Positions 57,760 to 64,000 of a DNA stretch of 64,000 nucleotides are shown piece after piece; positions within the stretch are counted from its first letter, which is position 1; the number at the start of each line of letters is the position of its first letter. Source of the stretch: an uncultured Gemmiger sp. (lineage in GTDB: Bacteria > Bacillota > Clostridia > Oscillospirales > Ruminococcaceae); contig CALXAH010000001.1 of NCBI GenBank assembly GCA_944386225.1, forward strand, positions 108,161 to 172,160. The letters run 5' to 3'. A model generated the notes under the pieces. That model was not told the DNA's origin. It saw only the letters and a program-made list of their open reading frames with translations, and searched no databases. The position numbers were made by a program, and so were the translations under genes.

Positions 57760-59191
57760 CAGGGGCCTGGCCCGGGAGATTGCGCTGCAGGCCGGGCTGC
57801 GGATGGGCATTCTGAGCCTGGCGCTGTTTCTGACCTTCGGGCTGGTGCATCTGGTGCAGGGGGTGCGGCAGCTGCTGCTGGACCCACTGGACACCGCCGC
57901 CGCCCGGCTGGAACGCAAGCTGAGCGACGGGGAGCTGCTGCTGGCCGCCCCGCCCGCCGAAGGGCTGCCCACCGAACTGCGGTTTCTGCAGACGCTGGAG
58001 CAGAACGGGGTGGATCTGGTCATCCTGCTGCAGGACGGCCGGGCGGTGTGGTACAACGAGGCAGCGGGCCAGATGACCGAAGGGCCGCTGCCCGAGCCTT
58101 TTTCGCCGGAGCATGTCGCCGAGGGCATCCGGCTGGAGCTGGACCCGGTGCACGGCTGGATGGCAACGGCGGGCACGCTGGTGGAAGATCCGGCGGGCGG
58201 CAGCGCCCTGGTGCTGGCGGCGCTGCCGCTGGGCGCTTTGGCGCAGGAACTGCTGCCGGTGCTGGCCATGCTGACCCTGAGCACCCTGGCCGCTGTGCGG
58301 ACAACGTCCTGGCTGAGCCGGCAGCTGACCCAACGGCTGATCCAGCCGCTGGGCGCGATGAAGCAGGCGCTGGCCGCCTGGCGGGGTGACCGGTACGATC
58401 CGCCCCCCGCCGTGCCGGGGCAGGACGAACTGGGCGAGCTGTGGAACGCCATGGAGCAGACCGCCCGCCAGCTGGAGCAGGCCCGGGACCGCCGCCAGCA
58501 GGAGGATGAGACCCGGCGGCAGTTTTTTGCGGATATCAGCCACGAACTGAAAACCCCGCTGGCGGTGCTGCGGGCCCGGGCGGAACTGATGCGGGACGGC
58601 ATGGTGGGCCCGGAGGAGGTACCCGTCCAGGCGGAGGGGATGCTGACCGAACTGGAACAGCTGCAGACGGTGGTGCAGGATCTGCTGACCCTGGCCCGGA
58701 TGCAGGCGCCCGGTTTTATGGTGGAGCGGCAGGTGTACAGCCTGAGCGAGATTCTGCGGGACGCGGGCCGTTCGCTGGCTCAGCTGGCCCGCAAGCAGGG
58801 GGTGACGTTCGCCCTGGAGCTGCCGGAATGCGATCCGGCCCGGGACCGGGTGCTGACCCACTACGACCGGCTGCGTCAGCTGGTGATGATCCTGGGGGAA
58901 AACGGCATCAAGTACACAAAGCCGGGCGGCCGGGCCGGAATGCGGCTGGAATACCGCCCGGAAGGCCCGCTGGTGCTGGTGTGGGACCAGGGCTTCGGCA
59001 TCCCGCCGGAGGAACAGGGCCGGGTATTCGACCGGTTCTACCGGGGGGTAAACCGTACCGCCGGCCCGGGCGAGGGGCTGGGGCTGGCCATCGCCCGCCA
59101 GCTGAGCGAGGTACTGGACGCCCCGGTACAGCTGGAGAGCACCGGGCCGGAGGGCAGCCTGTTCAGCCTGCGGCCCCCGGCAGCGGAATAG
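57746..59191 (+). CDS. Membrane sensor histidine kinase (HisKA plus HATPase_c)
   Basis: H-box 'FFADISHELKTPLA', N-box 'ILGENGIKYT' and G-boxes 'DQGFGIP' and 'GLGLAIARQL'. The probable TTG start at 57746 overlaps the end of the response-regulator gene. Confidence 0.88.
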   Translation: MKKRDRGLAREIALQAGLRMGILSLALFLTFGLVHLVQGVRQLLLDPLDTAAARLERKLSDGELLLAAPPAEGLPTELRFLQTLEQNGVDLVILLQDGRAVWYNEAAGQMTEGPLPEPFSPEHVAEGIRLELDPVHGWMATAGTLVEDPAGGSALVLAALPLGALAQELLPVLAMLTLSTLAAVRTTSWLSRQLTQRLIQPLGAMKQALAAWRGDRYDPPPAVPGQDELGELWNAMEQTARQLEQARDRRQQEDETRRQFFADISHELKTPLAVLRARAELMRDGMVGPEEVPVQAEGMLTELEQLQTVVQDLLTLARMQAPGFMVERQVYSLSEILRDAGRSLAQLARKQGVTFALELPECDPARDRVLTHYDRLRQLVMILGENGIKYTKPGGRAGMRLEYRPEGPLVLVWDQGFGIPPEEQGRVFDRFYRGVNRTAGPGEGLGLAIARQLSEVLDAPVQLESTGPEGSLFSLRPPAAE

Positions 59192-59196
59192 CAGAC

Positions 59197-59236
59197 AGAC
59201 CGGCGCGGATCGTTCCGCGCCGGTCTTTTCTTTTTC
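59197..59236 (+). terminator. Intrinsic terminator after the kinase gene
   Basis: Perfect 13-bp stem: AGACCGGCGCGGA pairs with TCCGCGCCGGTCT. TTTCTTTTTC follows. Confidence 0.85.
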
Positions 59237-59895
59237 TATTCTGCCAGAGCGTTGGGGTTGCGGGTGGCGGGGCTTTTCAGGGTATCCACCAGGGCCTGGC
59301 ACTGGCCGGGGGACAAGGCCATCGGCTCGCAGCCGTAGTAATGCCGGGCTGCGGCCCGCAGGCCGGTGCAGCCCTCCCCGAACCAGACCACGTTGATGTA
59401 CAGTTCCAATATTTCGTCCTTGGTGAGCATCCGTTCCAGCCGCCAGGCGGCGAACACCTCCGCCACCTTGCGCTCGAACCGCTTTTCAAAGCTGAACCAC
59501 AGATTCTTGGCCAGCTGCTGGGTGATGGTGCTGCCGCCCTGGGCCAGGCGGCCCTGGCGCAGGTTCTCCGCCGCCGCCCGCAGGATGGCCAGCGGGTCCA
59601 CCCCGCCGTGGGTGTAGAAGCGGTGATCCTCCGAGGTGAGCAGCATCTGCCGGAAAGCGGACGGTACCTGATCCAGGGGCAGATAATCCTCCCGCTGGCG
59701 CACCCGGGCGATCGCCGTTTCGGGCGGGTCGGCGGCCATGGCCTGCCGGTACATTTCGTGCCCCGCCCGCAGCAGCAACCCGGTGACCACCGCCCCGGCC
59801 AGCATCGCCAGCACCAGCAGCCCGGCCAGCACCCGCAGCAGCGCCCGGCATGCCCGGCGCAGGCCGGTGCGGGGCTTTTGTTCCGTTTGTTCCAT
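59236..59895 (-). CDS. Monofunctional peptidoglycan glycosyltransferase (GT51, MtgA-like)
   Basis: N-terminal TM helix. GT51 motifs 'SEDHRFYTHGGVD', 'GGSTITQQLAKN' and 'RKVAEVF...LTKDEILELY'. Confidence 0.85.
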   Translation of the reverse strand: MEQTEQKPRTGLRRACRALLRVLAGLLVLAMLAGAVVTGLLLRAGHEMYRQAMAADPPETAIARVRQREDYLPLDQVPSAFRQMLLTSEDHRFYTHGGVDPLAILRAAAENLRQGRLAQGGSTITQQLAKNLWFSFEKRFERKVAEVFAAWRLERMLTKDEILELYINVVWFGEGCTGLRAAARHYYGCEPMALSPGQCQALVDTLKSPATRNPNALAE

Positions 59896-59984
59896 TCCGG
59901 TTCCCTCCCTCCGGAATCATCCTACCACCCCGGGGAGCCTGCCGCCATCGAACAACCTTACGGGCAGCGAACAGTTTTGTCACA

Positions 59985-60023
59985 AACGCAGAAAGCCCGC
60001 CGCCCCCGAAGGGAGCGGCGGGC
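59985..60023 (-). terminator. Terminator after the DUF368 gene
   Basis: 9-bp stem: GCCCGCCGC pairs with GCGGCGGGC. On the minus strand TTTCTGCGTTT follows. Confidence 0.65.
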
Positions 60024-60037
60024 CGCAGCAGCGGGTT

Positions 60038-60922
60038 TTATTCCTTTTCGCCCATGAGCAGGGTGATCCAGGCACCCGCGGCGCCCAGCACGATGCCCAC
60101 CACCAGCTCGATCCAGTTGAGGCCGCCGGCCAGCGCACCGGAAGCATACAGGATGGCAAAGGGCGAGGAGACCACCAGACCAATGATGGCGGAGTAGGTC
60201 TGGCTGGGGAACCGGTCAAACAGCCAGTCGATCAGCTTGGCGATCAGCAGAATGCCCAGCAGCACGCCGATGCCGAAGGGCACCAGCAGCAGCATACCGT
60301 TGAACACGCCGGCAAAGTCCAGCGCTTTCAGGGCGGAGATGGTGCCGGTGACCGCGTTGATCACCCCGTAGTAGTAGCCCAGGATCATCAGCACCATGCT
60401 GCCGGACACGCCCGGAATCACCATGGTGGCGCTGGCAATCACGCCCAGGATCAGCAGCAGCAGGGCCATGCCCACGCCGGGGGTCAGGGTCTGCACGCCG
60501 TCGCCGCCGCCCTGCAGCAGGGGCATGCCCACGCCCACCGCCAGCAGAACCAGGAACGCCAGCACCTCCGGCGCGCCGGCCTTGCCGCCGGGCTTTTTGG
60601 CGATGCTCTTTTTCAGGGAAGGCCACAGCACCGGCAGGCCGCCCAGGATCAGGCCCACAAAGGTCAGGCAGGTGGCCAGGGTGTGCTGGGCCAGCAGATA
60701 CTCAACCAGATAGCTGAAGCCTACTACGCCGATGGCCATACCCACCAGCACCGGGGCCAGGATGCGCACGCTGCGCACAAAGTTCTTGGCCAGCCCGTTG
60801 ACGGCCCCGATGAGCTTGTCGTAGATGCCCATGGAGACCGCCATCGTGCCGCCGGATACGCCGGGGATCACGTTGGCAATGCCGATCACGATGCCCCGCA
60901 CAATGTCCAGAATGGTTTTCAT
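60038..60922 (-). CDS. DUF368 family polytopic membrane protein
   Basis: 294 aa with the duplicated signature 'VIPGVSGGTMA' and 'VIPGVSGSMV'. AAGGAG RBS. Confidence 0.85.
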   Translation of the reverse strand: MKTILDIVRGIVIGIANVIPGVSGGTMAVSMGIYDKLIGAVNGLAKNFVRSVRILAPVLVGMAIGVVGFSYLVEYLLAQHTLATCLTFVGLILGGLPVLWPSLKKSIAKKPGGKAGAPEVLAFLVLLAVGVGMPLLQGGGDGVQTLTPGVGMALLLLILGVIASATMVIPGVSGSMVLMILGYYYGVINAVTGTISALKALDFAGVFNGMLLLVPFGIGVLLGILLIAKLIDWLFDRFPSQTYSAIIGLVVSSPFAILYASGALAGGLNWIELVVGIVLGAAGAWITLLMGEKE

Positions 60923-61039
60923 ATCGTATATACTCCTTTTATCGTTTTCCTAGCGAAACGCGCGCCGAAAGGCACACTGCCTATACTATATACGAATCGG
61001 GCGCGGGATGCAATACATCCCGCGCCCGATTTTCCGATT

Positions 61040-61795
61040 TTACAATTCCAGCTCCAGCAGCACCGGGCAGTGGTCGCTGCCCATCACCTGGGGCAGAATC
61101 TCCGCCCGGGTGATCCGGTCGGCCAGCCGCCGGGACACCACAAAGTAGTCGATGCGCCACCCCGCGTTGTTCTTGCGGGCGTTGAACCGGTAGCTCCACC
61201 AGCTGTAGGCCCCGGTCACGTCCGGGTGCAGATGGCGGAAGCTGTCCACAAAGCCCGCTGCCAGCAGTTCGGTCATCTTGGCCCGCTCCTGATCCGAAAA
61301 GCCCGCGTTGCCCCGGTTGGGGCCGGGATTTTTCAGGTCGATCTCGTTGTGGGCCACGTTCAGATCCCCGCACAGCACCACCGGCTTGTGCTTGTCCAGT
61401 TCCAGCAGGTAGGCGCGCAGATCGTCCTCCCAATGCATGCGGTAGTCGATCCGGGCCAGCCCCTCCTGGGCGTTGGGGGTGTACACGTTGACCAAGTAAA
61501 ACCCCTCAAATTCCAGGGTGATGGCCCGGCCCTCGTGGCTGTGGATCTCCGGCCCGATGCCGTACCGCACCGACAGCGGCGCCACCCGCGTCCAGCAGGC
61601 GGTGCCGGAGTAGCCCTTTTTCTCGGCGCTGCTCAGGTATTCGGTATAGCCCTGCGGGGCAAAATCCGCCTGCCCCGGCTGCATCTTGGTCTCCTGCACG
61701 CTGAACACGTCCGCGTCCAGGTCGGCAAAGGTCTCGGCAAAGCCCTTGCCCAGGCAGGCCCGAAGGCCGTTTACATTCCAGCTGATCAGCTTCAT
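61040..61795 (-). CDS. xth: Exodeoxyribonuclease III
   Basis: 251 aa with 'LISWNVNGLRA', 'FSVQETK', 'LCGDLNVAH' and 'GSDHCPV'. Confidence 0.93.
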   Translation of the reverse strand: MKLISWNVNGLRACLGKGFAETFADLDADVFSVQETKMQPGQADFAPQGYTEYLSSAEKKGYSGTACWTRVAPLSVRYGIGPEIHSHEGRAITLEFEGFYLVNVYTPNAQEGLARIDYRMHWEDDLRAYLLELDKHKPVVLCGDLNVAHNEIDLKNPGPNRGNAGFSDQERAKMTELLAAGFVDSFRHLHPDVTGAYSWWSYRFNARKNNAGWRIDYFVVSRRLADRITRAEILPQVMGSDHCPVLLELEL

Positions 61796-63165
61796 ACGGT
61801 CTCCTTTTCTTTATAGAAGTGTTCCCAGCGGCCGCTTTTCCAGCGGCCCACAAAACAGGCAGTGCGGCAGATCCAGTCCACCACCATGGCGATCCAGACG
61901 CCCACCGCGCCCCATTCCATCTGCACGGCCAGCAGGTAGCTGAACCCCAGCCGCCAGATGACCATGGACAGGATGCTCACCCACATGGGGAATTTCACGT
62001 CGTTTGCGGCACGCAGCGCGCAGGGCAGCACAAAGCTGGCCGGCCAGATCAGCATGCCCACCGTCAGGTGGATCACCACCAGCAGCCAGGCCAGCTGCCA
62101 GGTGGCGTCGGAGATTTCATACAGGCCCAGCAGCAGCGGCAGCCCCGCCAGCATCACCAGGCTGACTGCGGCCAGGCTCAGATAGCTGCCCTTCATCAGG
62201 CGGCCGGTATAATACCGGGCCTGGCGCATATCCCGGGCGCCGATGCACCGGCCCACCACCGCGATCATAGCCAGCTCGTAGGCCTGGCCGGGGATGATGG
62301 CCAGACCGTCCAGGTTGTTGGCCACCGCGTTGGCGGCAATCTGCACCGTGCCGAACAGGGAGATCATGCTGACCACCACAATCCGCCCCAGCTGGAACAC
62401 GCTGTTTTCCATGGCGCTGGGGATGCCGATGCCCAGGATATTGCGCGCCATATCCCCCTGCAGCCGGAGGGTGAAGCCCACCGGCAGAGGCATATCCGGG
62501 CTGCGCAGCAGCCAGAGCATGAGCGCCGCGCCCACAATATAGCTGATCAGGCTGGGAATGGCCACACCGGCCACCCCCATGCCCAGGCCGAACACGCAGA
62601 TGGCGTTGCCGATCACATTGAGCACGTTGACCAGCGCGCTGACCTGCATGGACACCTTGCTGTTGCCCATGCTGCGGAACAGCGCCGCCCCCGCGTTGTA
62701 CAGCGCCAGGAACGGATAGCTCAGGGCCACGATCCGCAGGTACAGAAGGCCCGCGGCCATCACGTCGTCGGTGATCTGGCCGAAGAACAGCCGCAGCATC
62801 GGGCGGGAAAACACCAGCGCAAACAGCATGATGCCGGTGCCCGCCAGGGCGCTGAGCAGCACCAGCTGCCCGGCGGAATCCGACGCCTTGTGCCGGGCCC
62901 GGGCCCCCAGAAACTGGCTGGTGACCACCGCGCCGCCGGTGGCCAGCGCCGCCAGCAGCTGAAAGATCAGCTTGTTGATCATATCCACCAGGCTTACGCC
63001 GGAGATGGCGGCCTCCCCCGCCCGGGAGACCATCATGGTATCGGCCATGCCCACGGCGGCGGCCAGAAACTGTTCGATCACCAGCGGCACCATCAGGGCC
63101 ATCAGTGCCTCGTTGGAAAACAAATACCCCTCGGGCACCGGTTTTCTCTTTCCCATAAGCAGCAT
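61792..63165 (-). CDS. MATE family efflux transporter
   Basis: About 457 aa, 12 TM helices, with N-terminal 'PLVIEQFLAAAVGMADTMMVSR'. Its stop overlaps the xth start by 4 nt. GAGAGG RBS upstream of the ATG at 63165. Confidence 0.9.
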   Translation of the reverse strand: MLLMGKRKPVPEGYLFSNEALMALMVPLVIEQFLAAAVGMADTMMVSRAGEAAISGVSLVDMINKLIFQLLAALATGGAVVTSQFLGARARHKASDSAGQLVLLSALAGTGIMLFALVFSRPMLRLFFGQITDDVMAAGLLYLRIVALSYPFLALYNAGAALFRSMGNSKVSMQVSALVNVLNVIGNAICVFGLGMGVAGVAIPSLISYIVGAALMLWLLRSPDMPLPVGFTLRLQGDMARNILGIGIPSAMENSVFQLGRIVVVSMISLFGTVQIAANAVANNLDGLAIIPGQAYELAMIAVVGRCIGARDMRQARYYTGRLMKGSYLSLAAVSLVMLAGLPLLLGLYEISDATWQLAWLLVVIHLTVGMLIWPASFVLPCALRAANDVKFPMWVSILSMVIWRLGFSYLLAVQMEWGAVGVWIAMVVDWICRTACFVGRWKSGRWEHFYKEKETV

Positions 63166-63351
63166 TGTATACGCCTCTCTATCCTGCTTTGATTTTCCCA
63201 CAAAATCCACTCGGTAATTTTTTATTGTAAAACAGAACCCTGGAAATTGCAAGAAAGGGCGCGGCTATTGCCCTGTCTTTTGCGATCCGCTATACTTTTT
63301 ATGGGGACGGCGCCCCCGTGCGTCCCCTTTATAAAAAGGAGCCGGATCGTC

Positions 63352-64000
63352 ATGTATTACACCCGCACACAGATGGCAAAGCTTTTGGGAACCACCGTGG
63401 AGACCCTTCGCTATTATGAGGACAGCGGCCTGATCCGCGCCTGCTACGACGAAGCCTCCAAACGGTATCAGTACCGGGAATCGGATATTCCGCGGCTGCT
63501 GAGCATCCTGCTGTTCCGCTCGATGGAGGTGTCCATCCCGGATATCCGGGCGTTCACGGAAAACACGTCCCCGGGAGAAAGCCCCTCCATGCTGGATACC
63601 CAGATCGAGAGCATCCGCCGCCGGATCAAGTTTCTGGTGGAAACGCAGGATCAGCTGATCGCCATGCGCCGGCGCACCCGGGACGTGGCGGTTCTGCTGG
63701 ATGCGGTGGAGGAAATTCCCCGGGGCGATGTCTATTTCATGCCCATATCCGGTGAGACCGCCCGGCGCAGGCCCTCGGTCATGCAGGCGTGGACCCAGGC
63801 GCTTCCCTTTGCCTGGCCGGGCGTGATGGTGGAACCGGACGCGCTGCAGGCAGCACAGGACGTATGTACCGCCCGCCTGGCGCTGAACATCTCGCGGGAA
63901 TACGCCAGCCGGTATCTGCCGCCCAAAGCGCTGGAGCAGGCCCTGTTCAAGCCGGCCGCCTCCACCTGCAAGACGGTTGTGGTCACCGAGGATCCCTGCC
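63352..64000 (+). CDS. MerR family transcriptional regulator (3'-partial; runs off the window)
   Basis: The ORF is open to the window end. HTH 'YTRTQMAKLLGTTVETLRYYEDSGLI'. AAAGGAG RBS. Transcribed divergently from the MATE gene. Confidence 0.8.
   Translation, partial: MYYTRTQMAKLLGTTVETLRYYEDSGLIRACYDEASKRYQYRESDIPRLLSILLFRSMEVSIPDIRAFTENTSPGESPSMLDTQIESIRRRIKFLVETQDQLIAMRRRTRDVAVLLDAVEEIPRGDVYFMPISGETARRRPSVMQAWTQALPFAWPGVMVEPDALQAAQDVCTARLALNISREYASRYLPPKALEQALFKPAASTCKTVVVTEDPC

Overview
High-GC chromosome segment; hand counts of single 60-nt lines give about 70% G+C. Gene content and strong GGAGG-type ribosome-binding sites point to a Firmicutes/Clostridia genome, probably Oscillospiraceae/Ruminococcaceae-like, but this taxonomy is inference only. 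I support about 59 protein genes. I saw no rRNA, tRNA, CRISPR array, transposase or integrase.

Gene order:
- Complete F-type ATP synthase operon (atpI-like, then BEFHAGDC).
- Cof-type HAD phosphatase, GH20 hexosaminidase, and a LysR regulator next to a split ChrA-like transporter pair.
- Cell-envelope block on the minus strand: two tandem SGNH hydrolases, an LCP protein, and an unusual CinA-like/sortase-like/SpoIID fusion protein.
- cinA, thiI and a cysteine desulfurase, then fhs.
- An orphan AgrA/AgrC-like two-component pair.
- An XRE-S24 self-cleaving repressor transcribed divergently from a small membrane protein, across a three-operator switch.
- A radical-SAM plus DUF4130 putative DNA repair pair.
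- An ECF sigma module.
- An operon of a BadF/BcrA-type double ATPase, a DUF2229-like protein and a KapD-like exonuclease.
- A CdaR-LarA operon that ends in a roughly 2-kb low-GC insertion encoding a hydrolase-membrane fusion.
- secA; queT with a structured leader that may be a preQ1 riboswitch; DegV, TrmL and a pyridoxal kinase.
- An FMN-binding lipoprotein with a 651-nt internal duplication, next to an OmpR-type two-component system.
- A GT51 transglycosylase plus a DUF368 protein, then xth, a MATE exporter and a partial MerR gene.

The many very long ORFs antisense to real genes are GC-driven shadow ORFs.

The four most unusual loci:
- the CI/Cro-like switch controlling a small membrane protein (29343..30430);
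- the CinA-paralog/pseudo-sortase/SpoIID fusion (17571..20606);
- the low-GC island fused onto the 3' end of larA (about 42560..44520);
- the duplicated-domain FMN-binding lipoprotein (55242..56933).
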